Source: a virus (Duplodnaviria > Caudoviricetes). From it: DNA of 24,182 bases. Numbering within the stretch: the stretch's first letter is position 1; each line of letters opens with the position of its first letter. The stretch is taken from IMG/VR virus record IMGVR_UViG_3300005512_000325, positions 1 through 24,182 of that record; one strand, 5' to 3'. Under the pieces are notes generated by a model. That model was not told where the DNA came from and did no database searches. It was given only the letters and a program-made list of their open reading frames with translations. The translations under genes and the position numbers were made by a program. Shown here one piece after another: positions 1 through 8,475 of the stretch.

Positions 1-2029
1 CGGAAGCTGTAGTTATGCCCGCTAATGCACTGCCAGAGAGGTAGAGGTCTTTGAAGCGGGATACATCAACACCAAGGTCAACTGCGTTATCACGAATACC
101 TTGAGTTGACATATTCCAAGGGTGAATTTTATCTGTAGCAGCGTTAAACAGCAGACCCGTGTCTCCGCTACCCATTGTGAGGTGTGCGCTAGCGTTAGAC
201 CCAATACTCCCCACCGTGGAGCCGTCTTTGCGGAACACTGCAATGTCGCCGTCTGTGGTTTGGCGGTTAAAGATAGCCACCTCACCTGTTCTGCCAGCAA
301 ATATGAAACCATCACCAATTTGAACACCTGAGTTAGACGATGAAGACTGAGGGTCAGTACTCGTAGTCCCCACAAGCAGGTTGCCCGATGCGTCGAGGCG
401 CATGCGTTCTGTGCCATCTTTATCAATAATATAGTTACCAGAACTGTCTACTGAAGTGTAGTAAGACGCAACACCAGTATAACGCAAAGAAAGTTGTTTA
501 TTAGTTGTGCTTGTAGATGCAAGCCTTGCGTTACTATCAGTTTGACCAATAAGCAGGTTGCCCGATGAGTCAATGCGCATGCGTTCTGCGGCATTCGTGT
601 GAAACACCATAGAGTTGTCGCTATTGTTATAACGAACACGACCAATGTCTCTGTCATCAGGGTCGCCAAAGTCTATACCAGCGTTTTCAGTAGTGCTTGA
701 AACTAATCGAATAATGGAAAACGAGGATGAGTCTTCAATATGCAGGTTTGTTTCTGGACTGCTAGTGCCAATACCCAAAGACTCCGCAGACGCATCCCAG
801 AACAACTTCGCAGTCGTGCCAGTGTCTTCGTAGAAGCTAATGTCTCCGCCTGAGGAAATGTCAAAGACTGTTGTCCCACCAAGTTGAAACGCCAAGCTGT
901 CTGATTGCGTACTAGGAGAAGACTTGGGATACAGATTTATTGCTCCTGTACCGTTGCCCGTATGACCAACACTAAAGTCTAGTCCGACTGCATTACTGCC
1001 TAAAGTAGTATTTACACCTGAAGAAGCAGAGGCCACAGTCAGACCGTCGCTGACCACACTACCCGTAACGTCGATGCCTGTGGAGTTAATTCTTAACTTT
1101 TCATTGGCAGATCCAGAATGAACGAAAGTCAAATCTGAACCGTTAGTTCCAATGCCACCTACAAAGCCATTAGGGTTCCTAAACCATGAATGCGTACTAG
1201 CTGAAGTAGAGTTTGATTGTGATTTAAACGCATAAGCTGAAGTCGTCACAGAATCATTATTTGTATAGCCAGTAACGTCGATGCCTGTGGAGGTGGTGGC
1301 TAGTTTGTTAGAACCTAAATGCGAAAGTGTAACGCCGCCATCAGTAAGAATTTTAATCGCTTCGTAATCACTGTGTTCTGCTTGGTCTACAGAATAAAAC
1401 GTAGCAACACCGTCAGCGCCTGAATCACGACCAGCGTCTATTCGTAAACCACGACCAGCAGTATTATATTCGCTTGCTCCAAGATAAAAACGAGATTGGG
1501 TATTGTTGCCAGAGCCAGTATTGTAAACATTAAATGCTTCAGCAGTAGCACCTGCACTAGCAACTTTAACCGTAGCAACGCCATCAGAAGTCACGCCGTC
1601 TGTAGTAATAACACCCGTAACGTCGATTCCTGTGGAGGTGGTGGCTAGTTTTTCGGCGTTGTTGTGATAAAGAGTTACCGCGCCATCTGCAATAGCAGTA
1701 ATAAAATTTTCTTTGGGAGTTTGCCCTGACCTAAACCGCAGGTCAGTGCCTTGAATAAACAGCGTCCCACTGCCCTCTTCTGATATAAAGCTGTTGCCGC
1801 CTGAACCTTCGCTAAAAATCTGCAAATCTGAGCTAGCACCGAAGATGGCCTTGTCGTTGTCGCCGAAGGTGATGTTGCCGCCAAGCGTTAGTCCGGTAAT
1901 CGATGTAGTGCCGTCCAAGATGTCATCAATAGAATCAAAGTTGGCGTTTAATTTGGTTCCCCACGTATCCTCGGAAGCACCTACTTCGGGCTTAGTCAGG
2001 CTGTATGTGGTAGTCGTAGTGTCAGCCAT
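1..2029 (-). CDS. Tail fibre / receptor-binding protein, 3' end outside the window
   Basis: Missing from the ORF track because it has no stop in the window. ATG at 2029 directly follows the upstream TAA. It reads MADTTTTTYSLTKPEVGASEDTWGTKLNANFDSIDDILDG..., and the same frame reads ...RDNAVDLGVDVSRFKDLYLSG at the left edge. Internal KLATTSTGIDVTG and ERMRIDSSGNLLIG repeats are typical of phage fibres. Confidence 0.85.
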   Translation of the reverse strand, partial: MADTTTTTYSLTKPEVGASEDTWGTKLNANFDSIDDILDGTTSITGLTLGGNITFGDNDKAIFGASSDLQIFSEGSGGNSFISEEGSGTLFIQGTDLRFRSGQTPKENFITAIADGAVTLYHNNAEKLATTSTGIDVTGVITTDGVTSDGVATVKVASAGATAEAFNVYNTGSGNNTQSRFYLGASEYNTAGRGLRIDAGRDSGADGVATFYSVDQAEHSDYEAIKILTDGGVTLSHLGSNKLATTSTGIDVTGYTNNDSVTTSAYAFKSQSNSTSASTHSWFRNPNGFVGGIGTNGSDLTFVHSGSANEKLRINSTGIDVTGSVVSDGLTVASASSGVNTTLGSNAVGLDFSVGHTGNGTGAINLYPKSSPSTQSDSLAFQLGGTTVFDISSGGDISFYEDTGTTAKLFWDASAESLGIGTSSPETNLHIEDSSSFSIIRLVSSTTENAGIDFGDPDDRDIGRVRYNNSDNSMVFHTNAAERMRIDSSGNLLIGQTDSNARLASTSTTNKQLSLRYTGVASYYTSVDSSGNYIIDKDGTERMRLDASGNLLVGTTSTDPQSSSSNSGVQIGDGFIFAGRTGEVAIFNRQTTDGDIAVFRKDGSTVGSIGSNASAHLTMGSGDTGLLFNAATDKIHPWNMSTQGIRDNAVDLGVDVSRFKDLYLSGSALAGITTAS
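374..588. repeat. 38-bp direct repeat pair in the tail fibre (374-411 and 551-588)
   Basis: aagcaggttgcccgatg-N7-gcgcatgcgttctg, 35/38 identical; encodes ERMR[LI]DxSGNLL. Confidence 0.9.
1065..1651. repeat. Direct repeats in the tail fibre (1065-1085, 1272-1306, 1617-1651)
   Basis: gtaacgtcgat[g/t]cctgtggaggtggtggctagttt is 34/35 identical in two copies, with a third 21-nt partial copy; encodes KLATTSTGIDVT. Confidence 0.9.
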
Positions 2030-2968
2030 TTAAGCGGCCTCCCATATCTCTTCAGTGATGGTTTGATCAGTCCAAGTGGCGTCACTTACCGTTTGATCCG
2101 TCCAAGTAGCGCCTATCAATGTAACGTCAGACCAGTTGGCATCATTACCATCTCGGTCTGTCCAAGTCTCTGCATCGATCGCTTCATCGATCCAAAGAAT
2201 TATTCCTGCGCCCGTTGTCGTCGAGCTACCTGTTACTACGCTGCTACCTTTTACTGTAACTGCGCCTGTTGGTGATACTGTCGCCACACTGGTGATTGAC
2301 AGAGCGCCGCGCACGACGTTCACACCACTCGCGCTGATTATAACACTTGAAGCGATTTCTGACGCTACATTCCGCGTTCTTACTGCACTTGCGCTTTGTG
2401 CGGCCGTACCAGCAATAGCAGATGCACTGCTAAATGTACGTGCGCCGGTTGCAGATGTGGTCGTAGAGGCGCTTATAACGCTCTCTACCTGACGTATGAC
2501 GCCAGCCGTAGTTGCAGTGGTAGAGGCCGCAGATATTGCTGTATCGCTCTCTCTAACCCTTTGAGAGGCAGGTGTAATAGTTGCTGAGGCAGATACTGCG
2601 GATGCACCTAGTTTTATCTTTTGACCGGCAGAGCTTGTGCTTGACGTTGCGCTTAACCCAGCAGATGCCAAGCGTACTCGATTTGCCGCCGGCGATATCG
2701 TGGCGCTAGCTGCAATGGTAGAGCTAGTTGTGCGTACTCGTGTTGCTACCGGGCTAGTTGTTACCGTAGCCGCGATGGTAGATGCGCTTTCGCGGACACG
2801 CAGGCCCGCCGGAGAAACAGATGCCGCCGCTGCGATCGTAAGGTCGCCAAACCTAACACGTACACAGCTAACGGCTACAGAGGATGTTCCTGGCCCTAAA
2901 CTAGCGCCGTCCTCAAGGTCAGCCGTGGAATACGCGGCATAGCCGTATCTCCACTGACCGTAAAGCAT
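2030..2968 (-). CDS. Ser/Ala/Thr-rich repeat virion protein (fibre-like)
   Basis: 312 aa with about 11 tandem 20-aa repeats starting RVR/KIK/RTR, plus C-terminal Trp repeats every 10 aa. Translationally coupled to both neighbours in the tail module. Confidence 0.7.
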   Translation of the reverse strand: MLYGQWRYGYAAYSTADLEDGASLGPGTSSVAVSCVRVRFGDLTIAAAASVSPAGLRVRESASTIAATVTTSPVATRVRTTSSTIAASATISPAANRVRLASAGLSATSSTSSAGQKIKLGASAVSASATITPASQRVRESDTAISAASTTATTAGVIRQVESVISASTTTSATGARTFSSASAIAGTAAQSASAVRTRNVASEIASSVIISASGVNVVRGALSITSVATVSPTGAVTVKGSSVVTGSSTTTGAGIILWIDEAIDAETWTDRDGNDANWSDVTLIGATWTDQTVSDATWTDQTITEEIWEAA

Positions 2969-3348
2969 TAGTCTAGCGTGATGTCTAGGTCACCAGCAGG
3001 CACACGGAACACGTCGCCAGTCTCTACAGCTTTAGACGCTGATAACGTGCCATAGGCCATTAGATTGCCGCTTGTAAGGGCATCGAATACACCTACGTGC
3101 GTAATGGTTCCCCAGTTGTTGCCGGCAGTTGGAAACTCGACAGCCGCGCTGTTAGTCGCCTCATTGCCTGACACAGTGAACGCCACAGTCTGACGTGCGT
3201 AGTCAGTGCCGGTGCATTCTGTGCCGCCGCCGGTCTCGCCGGGAGCCGCTGTGTACAAAGCGAGGTAGTGAGTGCCTGGAGCTGTATAAGCGTTACCGCC
3301 AAATACATGGTCTAGGATTTCGGTTTCGAGATAGTTAGTAAAGCTCAT
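2968..3348 (-). CDS. Conserved small virion structural protein (fibre-associated)
   Basis: 126 aa; the YLALYTAAP...YARQ...FPTA...WGTITHVGVFDA...GNL pattern is common in phage structural modules. Confidence 0.7.
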   Translation of the reverse strand: MSFTNYLETEILDHVFGGNAYTAPGTHYLALYTAAPGETGGGTECTGTDYARQTVAFTVSGNEATNSAAVEFPTAGNNWGTITHVGVFDALTSGNLMAYGTLSASKAVETGDVFRVPAGDLDITLD

Positions 3349-3968
3349 GCAAGCCCCCTGTTACGCATTACAAGGCCGCTACCCGAATAGACCGCCTCGT
3401 CTGATGATTGATTAAGTCGCTGCATTGCAGCACCGAATAGTTGCGCCCATATAGCCGTGCGCTGATCCTCCGATAGATATGGTGCGGAGTGTACCAGTGA
3501 GCCATATAAGTATGCGTCTGGCGCTTCAGTAAGCAGCCAGTTAGTCGTATTAGAGTCAGATAACGCCGGCACTCGCTGGTAGTACAGTAGCTCTACGCCG
3601 TAGCTGTCATCTGGGCTAGGAAAGAACTCAAACTGGTTTTCAGAGTGCCTGTAGTATCTTGGGATACCTGTTAGGTCTAAGTAGTTAGCGCGCTTATCGA
3701 CCATAGCCTGTGAGCTGAGCAGATCGAGGGGCCGTGTATTCGCAGTCGTAATGTTGATGCGGATAGTCTCAAGCCAGTCGCTAGGCTTGGTCATATACTG
3801 ACTGTCGATAGTCCCTGTCGCCCGGTTCTCCATCTGGTAATGACGTAGATCACGCGCGAACTGAGCCTCTGCCAGTGAAATAAACGTAGGTATAACCGCC
3901 GTCAGGTCATCACGGTTGAGGAAGTCAGCTATGGAGCTTTTCAGCTCTGAGTAGTTAGTAAGTGCCAT
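3345..3968 (-). CDS. Head-tail adaptor / tail tubular-type protein
   Basis: 207 aa; MALTNYSELKSSIADFLNRDDL...FISLAE and NWLL..APDAYLYGSL motifs; first gene of the tail block. Confidence 0.7.
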   Translation of the reverse strand: MALTNYSELKSSIADFLNRDDLTAVIPTFISLAEAQFARDLRHYQMENRATGTIDSQYMTKPSDWLETIRINITTANTRPLDLLSSQAMVDKRANYLDLTGIPRYYRHSENQFEFFPSPDDSYGVELLYYQRVPALSDSNTTNWLLTEAPDAYLYGSLVHSAPYLSEDQRTAIWAQLFGAAMQRLNQSSDEAVYSGSGLVMRNRGLA

Positions 3969-4126
3969 TACTTCTTCTTCTTAGCCGTTTTAGCGGCCTT
4001 CTTAAATTGCTTGGCTGTAGGCGCGCCTTTCTCGCCAGCCTTACGCATTTTCTCGCTAGAGCCGGCCTTTATACGATTACGCTTAGCATGAATATTTGCG
4101 TAGAGACCTTTCTTACTTGCCGCCAT
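3968..4126 (-). CDS. Small Lys-rich basic protein (52 aa)
   Basis: MAASKKGLYANIHAKRNRIKAGSSEKMRKAGEKGAPTAKQFKKAAKTAKKKK. Start moved to ATG 4126 (GGAG upstream). Its stop overlaps the next ATG (TAATG). Confidence 0.75.
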   Translation of the reverse strand: MAASKKGLYANIHAKRNRIKAGSSEKMRKAGEKGAPTAKQFKKAAKTAKKKK

Positions 4127-4220
4127 ATCGCTTACTCCGCTTCTTAGCTCTGCATTTACCGCTTGCCTTGCAAAGTGATGGTGTAGGACAGCCTGCACAG
4201 GGTTTAAATTTACTTGCCAC
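4113..4220 (-). CDS. Tiny Cys4, Lys/Arg-rich peptide (35 aa)
   Basis: Hand-translated from GTG 4220: MASKFKPCAGCPTPSLCKASGKCRAKKRSKRYGGK. AGGGGA lies upstream, and it fills the gap between the neighbouring ORFs. Confidence 0.55.
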   Translation of the reverse strand: MASKFKPCAGCPTPSLCKASGKCRAKKRSKRYGGK

Positions 4221-4260
4221 GCTTCTTCCCCTTTCTCTTCTTACCGTAACCACAAGCCAT
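4210..4260 (-). CDS. Tiny basic peptide (16 aa)
   Basis: MACGYGKKRKGKKRGK; TAATG coupling to the upstream gene and an AAGGAG Shine-Dalgarno. Confidence 0.55.
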   Translation of the reverse strand: MACGYGKKRKGKKRGK

Positions 4261-4514
4261 TACTTACTCCTTGATTTAGTGCCTGAACACTTCCATCGCT
4301 TACGAGACAACCGAAGCGGTGAGTTAGGATTGGCAGCCGCTTTCGGATGCTTCTTCATCTGACCAGCAGATCGCGCGCAATACGCATCGCCTTTACTGGT
4401 TCCGGGCCGTACTCGCGGCTTACCATCCTTGGCTTTACCAGCTTGGCCATACGAGACCTTCTTGCCGGAAGCCGTAACCTTAACTTTTGCCTTACCTTTA
4501 CGTGGCGTTGCCAT
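4260..4514 (-). CDS. Small highly basic phage protein (84 aa)
   Basis: K/R-rich, with a YCARSAGQ...NSPLRLSRKRWKC motif; GAGGTG Shine-Dalgarno. Confidence 0.8.
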   Translation of the reverse strand: MATPRKGKAKVKVTASGKKVSYGQAGKAKDGKPRVRPGTSKGDAYCARSAGQMKKHPKAAANPNSPLRLSRKRWKCSGTKSRSK

Positions 4515-4525
4515 ATTATATCACC

Positions 4526-4942
4526 TCAACGCTCTTCATACTTGCGGCGTGCATATTCAACCGCCATACGAGCCAAGTCTTTATCTTCGACTCGGTCTCC
4601 AGTGAACGCATCGATGCCTGCAACGTTCTCGAAGTAATCTTGCACTGAGTCTTCTGGCCTGTCGCCGTAATCTAAATATTGATAAGCCCGAGCCTGCTCT
4701 TTTGCTATTTGTGGATCTAAACCACTGCGAGCAATCCAGTCGTATCCGCCAGCGTAATTTATGGCCATATCTAAAACACCACGATCAACTCGTGGGCCAA
4801 CGTCTGGATATTGACGCTCTATTTCGCCCTTAATTATATCTGGATATGCTCCGTGCTTTAACCGCGTCATGGGGCCGCCAGACAGAATATGAGCGTCTTT
4901 TAGGAAATTTAGCAGGCCATAATCTTCATAAGGGTTCGGCAT
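4526..4942 (-). CDS. Hypothetical protein (138 aa)
   Basis: The likely start is ATG 4942 (MPNPYEDYGLL), just after the upstream TGA at 4944-4946. Confidence 0.7.
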   Translation of the reverse strand: MPNPYEDYGLLNFLKDAHILSGGPMTRLKHGAYPDIIKGEIERQYPDVGPRVDRGVLDMAINYAGGYDWIARSGLDPQIAKEQARAYQYLDYGDRPEDSVQDYFENVAGIDAFTGDRVEDKDLARMAVEYARRKYEER

Positions 4943-4943
4943 A

Positions 4944-6338
4944 TCAAAGCACCAAGTCAAACAATGCTTGCTGGTTTACAGTGCCGGTTCGACTGCCGGA
5001 GGCCAGCTCAAGCAAGCCTCGCACCACCGTTTCAGGAATGCCAGTAAATGCTGGGCTATAACCGCCTAATAAACCTTTTCGCTCTTCTGGGTCTAATGAC
5101 CTTTTGATTGGCAAAATATCACTGTAGTTATATTCATCCTTGTCTTTTTGCGGGAGCATACCAAGCAAGCCTTCGGACTCTTGCATTGCCTTCATAGTAG
5201 TGAGCGCCGCCAATGGGTTGCTCTGTATTGCAACGTCTGGCTTGCCTGTTTGAAGGTAGCGGTTAACGCTATCTAGCCATTTATCGTCTGCCTTCTGATA
5301 TAGCTTTGGGTCCATCATCAGAGACCCAAGCTGACTGCTAGGCGATCGGTTCTGCGATTGCATCCACTTAAAAGTGTCGGGAAACACAACGTTTGCCGGT
5401 AGCGACTCAAGCAATCCGCCTACATAATCACCGGGTATTATAGTGTCATAGCTTTGATGCAAACCCTCTTCTGCATAAGTTTTACCGCCTGGTACCGCCC
5501 TCATTATCCCGAAGCCAGAATCCCCACGAGCCGCATTCTCTAGCCCCGGCCTTGTGACTGCCTCGACCGCATCTCTTCGTATGGCAAACCCCATGTCTCG
5601 GTATTTTGCTTTATCCATCGTATCGATAAAGTCTATGCGCAGTGCGCCACTACCTTTTCGCTGGTAGTCTCCAGTACCCATGAGCTGGTCAAGCGCGCGA
5701 GGGTCGTCCATACCAACCCAATCTGGCCTAACCTTTCGCAATTCGCTGTCAAATTGAGCTTTACTTTTTTTAGGTATTTGAGCGGCATTAGATTGTTTGA
5801 ACATCAACTCAGCAATTGGCGTCGCAAAGTTGAATGACGGGTCAGCGCCTGCGGTATATACGCCAAGAATACGATCGTTACCCGACCGCTCAGCCGCAAA
5901 GTCTACATTTGCCTGCTTTCGTTTGGCTGCTTCGCCCATTGACATATAGCCCCGGCCAGTGCCGGCGTACCGCTGTGAGTAATCGACACCACCATGCGTC
6001 TCTACCGGAACGTCGAGATCTAATCCTCGCAAGCGGTCTACTTGGCCAATGGCTGTCTTATCACCAAACACAGGTATTAACGTCTGATCGATTAGGTCTT
6101 CTGGCTGTATGATTTTGCGATCACCTAAGTCGAGCGCAGTAAATAACGTCTCTCCAGCCAGCCGTTGCTCTTCGCGGCGACGAACTGCTGGCGACGATTT
6201 AAGAGTCTTTTCATACTTTGTGCGTGCTGACTTGACCGCCGAGGGATTGCTTGCCGACTCTTCTTTTAAGAACCCAAGCCTCACAAGATTAGCGATATCA
6301 CTTCCAGCGTCTAAAAGACCTTTGATGATTTTAGCCAC
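4944..6338 (-). CDS. Hypothetical 464-aa protein, possible internal virion/accessory protein
   Basis: Long ORF downstream of terL with five GLL tripeptides; I recognise no catalytic motif. Confidence 0.75.
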   Translation of the reverse strand: MAKIIKGLLDAGSDIANLVRLGFLKEESASNPSAVKSARTKYEKTLKSSPAVRRREEQRLAGETLFTALDLGDRKIIQPEDLIDQTLIPVFGDKTAIGQVDRLRGLDLDVPVETHGGVDYSQRYAGTGRGYMSMGEAAKRKQANVDFAAERSGNDRILGVYTAGADPSFNFATPIAELMFKQSNAAQIPKKSKAQFDSELRKVRPDWVGMDDPRALDQLMGTGDYQRKGSGALRIDFIDTMDKAKYRDMGFAIRRDAVEAVTRPGLENAARGDSGFGIMRAVPGGKTYAEEGLHQSYDTIIPGDYVGGLLESLPANVVFPDTFKWMQSQNRSPSSQLGSLMMDPKLYQKADDKWLDSVNRYLQTGKPDVAIQSNPLAALTTMKAMQESEGLLGMLPQKDKDEYNYSDILPIKRSLDPEERKGLLGGYSPAFTGIPETVVRGLLELASGSRTGTVNQQALFDLVL

Positions 6339-6444
6339 GCTGAAGTGCCTCGCATGACTTACAGACTATGGCTACTTCTACTTCAACCATTTCAGATCTA
6401 TCACCATGCTCGCCACAGCTCATGCACTCAAATTCAACAGCCAT
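6331..6444 (-). CDS. Micro zinc-finger protein (37 aa)
   Basis: Hand-translated MAVEFECMSCGEHGDRSEMVEVEVAIVCKSCEALQRG; two CxxC motifs; GGAGGA Shine-Dalgarno; stop overlaps the next start. Confidence 0.65.
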   Translation of the reverse strand: MAVEFECMSCGEHGDRSEMVEVEVAIVCKSCEALQRG

Positions 6445-6467
6445 AAATCCTCCAGTGTAGAAAGCCG

Positions 6468-6476
6468 ATTATATCA
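6468..6476 (-). promoter_or_regulatory. Extended -10 promoter candidate (TGATATAAT)
   Basis: Perfect TGnTATAAT overlapping the terL stop codon, 24 nt before the next ATG. Confidence 0.45.
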
Positions 6477-7760
6477 GACAATACCCTGTAAGTTCCTGCG
6501 TATTGGCTCGCCCCAATCTGAGGTCTTTCGGTAACCAATAGCCAAATATCTGAATGCGTCTGCGCAGTGTGATGTCCAATCGTGTAAAGGCCGCTCATTC
6601 CAGACCATCATCGACTCGTTGTACTGCCGGCGATACTGCCGCAGGCAATCGATACCCTTCTCGCACTTATCCTTATCGAAGTAGCATAGGTCAAGCATCG
6701 ACCTAACTGCTTGGATGCCATCGTCTACGTTGAGCTGAGGAGCGATCTCTACAGGCTTCACACCAAGGTTGTCTAACACCTCTAGCCTTGACCGACCGCT
6801 GCCTAGCTCTCTTACCCTGACATCGTGAGGTAGGACGTGCTGCTCGTACACGTAGCCCTTCTCTTGCAAGATACGCGCGTAATGATCCAAGCCCACGCCG
6901 GCGTTCTCGTAGTAATCAATCAGCCTTACCTCTGGCCCGACAAACTGAGCAAACCAGATAGACGTGCTATCGCCTACCCCTAAGTCCCATGCCGTCACTA
7001 CACCGACAGAGCGCTCGTATGGCACACGATCTATCCTGTTCTCGTGTAAGGCATTAGCCATCTCTTGAGTGTAGTACGCGCCTTCTGAGAAGATTCTAAA
7101 GTCACCTTCCCATATGTGATCGTAGACATCCGGCCGCTTCTTGAGGTCTTGCTGGCGCTCCTGTTCCAATACCTCTGGGAACCAAGGATTATCTCGCCAG
7201 TTCATCTCAACAATCTTGCACTGATCTGGCTCTGCTACACGGAAGCGCTGATGAGTAGCGGAGTGCTTGTTCTCAGGGTTCCACGTTACCCATATCTCAG
7301 ATTCATCTTCCCGGACGGTAGGTATAAGTTTCTGCCATGCTGTCTCAGTAACCGTCTCTGCCTCGTCTACCCAGCACAGCAAGATGCGAGCCTTTGACTT
7401 TATGCTATCGAGGTTTCTTCTCAGGCCGGCGAACACGTAGGTGATGCGTCCATCCTTACTGCGTATGTATCTCTCACCGATCTCGTAGTAATCAGCCAGG
7501 CACTGCACGGACCGTATAGCAGACTTGACCTCTTCCATAGAGGATTCATCGAGAGAGTTAAGGTGTTCTCGTGCGCAGAGTATCTGCCCTTGCTTACCAG
7601 CGACGCCCCAGCGCATACCCCATACAGCAGTCATTAGTGCGAATGAGCGCGTCTTAGCACTACCCCGGCCGCCATACGAGCAACGGTATCTAGCCTCCCC
7701 TGTGAACAGGTTGGCTAGCTTAGGCGGTAGTTCAATCGAGACCTTTTGCGACAAGTTCAA
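6474..7760 (-). CDS. terL: Terminase large subunit (PBSX/Terminase_3-like)
   Basis: Walker A GGRGSAKT, Walker B LCWVDEA, TWNP coupling motif, RNase H-like nuclease WDLG...HCADAFRY. Confidence 0.95.
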   Translation of the reverse strand: MNLSQKVSIELPPKLANLFTGEARYRCSYGGRGSAKTRSFALMTAVWGMRWGVAGKQGQILCAREHLNSLDESSMEEVKSAIRSVQCLADYYEIGERYIRSKDGRITYVFAGLRRNLDSIKSKARILLCWVDEAETVTETAWQKLIPTVREDESEIWVTWNPENKHSATHQRFRVAEPDQCKIVEMNWRDNPWFPEVLEQERQQDLKKRPDVYDHIWEGDFRIFSEGAYYTQEMANALHENRIDRVPYERSVGVVTAWDLGVGDSTSIWFAQFVGPEVRLIDYYENAGVGLDHYARILQEKGYVYEQHVLPHDVRVRELGSGRSRLEVLDNLGVKPVEIAPQLNVDDGIQAVRSMLDLCYFDKDKCEKGIDCLRQYRRQYNESMMVWNERPLHDWTSHCADAFRYLAIGYRKTSDWGEPIRRNLQGIV

Positions 7761-8037
7761 TCACCATTGGTGGAGTCATGGAGCCATCGCTACTAGTGAG
7801 ATCTGCGTCTACTTGCTTGAGGTCTGGTAGCGTCTTAGCGAGCATCTTGAGTCGTAGTTCAGCTTGCGTTTTCTTCTGCTGAATCTTAGCTTGGAAATGC
7901 TCGTCTTCTTTAGGGTTTAGTTCGCCAATTTGATCAATCAAATCAAATATATACTCGGCCTTACCCCTAATGCTTAATGCGCGTCTGTTCTCTTCATCTT
8001 TAACAGCGCGAACCTTCTGCCGTCTTGTAGCTGCCAC
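7732..8037 (-). CDS. terS: Probable terminase small subunit
   Basis: Directly upstream of and overlapping terL; helical, with an LPDLKQV motif; start reassigned to GTG 8037 with a GAGGA Shine-Dalgarno. Confidence 0.6.
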   Translation of the reverse strand: MAATRRQKVRAVKDEENRRALSIRGKAEYIFDLIDQIGELNPKEDEHFQAKIQQKKTQAELRLKMLAKTLPDLKQVDADLTSSDGSMTPPMVIELVAKGLD

Positions 8038-8041
8038 CGTA

Positions 8042-8248
8042 TCATTCCTCGTCTGGGTGCGGTATTGAGTCGGCCCAGTACAGCCCCATGCTGTGTCCTG
8101 CTCGTATCTCACCGTCCATAATGTCAGAAGCAGTTAAAGGCCACGACTCGACGGTCATATCGTCGAATGCGACCAGCACTGTTTTCTCGTCGGTTGGCAT
8201 ATTACCGGGTTCGATAATGCGCCAATCTATTTCAACCACTTGCAGCAT
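8042..8248 (-). CDS. Hypothetical protein (68 aa)
   Basis: AGGAG Shine-Dalgarno; acidic, W...MP...VLV...W pattern of small phage proteins. Confidence 0.65.
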   Translation of the reverse strand: MLQVVEIDWRIIEPGNMPTDEKTVLVAFDDMTVESWPLTASDIMDGEIRAGHSMGLYWADSIPHPDEE

Positions 8249-8286
8249 AGCTCCTGCCTCACTGCTCCTGACAAGGATATTTTACG

Positions 8287-8475
8287 CTAATCTTCTGATT
8301 TCACAACATATTGTGGATTAGGCCCATATATTGACTCACCATATAGATCATAATGGCGTAAATACTTGCGCATAGTGTCGTAATGAACACCAAACGCTTG
8401 GGACAATGACCAGATATCAACACCCTTATCGTGAAGGGTCTTGGCCTCTAAAAGGTCTTCTTTCGGAATCTTCAC
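8287..8475 (-). CDS. Small HTH-like protein
   Basis: IWSLSQAFGVHYDTMRKYLR resembles a helix-turn-helix. Confidence 0.55.
   Translation of the reverse strand: MKIPKEDLLEAKTLHDKGVDIWSLSQAFGVHYDTMRKYLRHYDLYGESIYGPNPQYVVKSED

Noticed and set aside
374-1651. DGR template/variable repeats or a CRISPR array
   Set aside because: The repeats are short, in frame and irregularly spaced, there are too few differences to show adenine-specific mutagenesis, and no RT or cas genes are present.
22-1884. Minus-strand ORFs 22-426, 448-669 and 1675-1884
   Set aside because: They are alternative frames inside the long tail fibre ORF. The same applies to 3093-3308, 19427-19696, 21539-21937 and 21959-22228 inside their host genes.
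4515-4523. Second TGATATAAT extended -10
   Set aside because: It abuts the ATG at 4514 and overlaps the Shine-Dalgarno spacer, so it cannot drive that gene; left uncalled.
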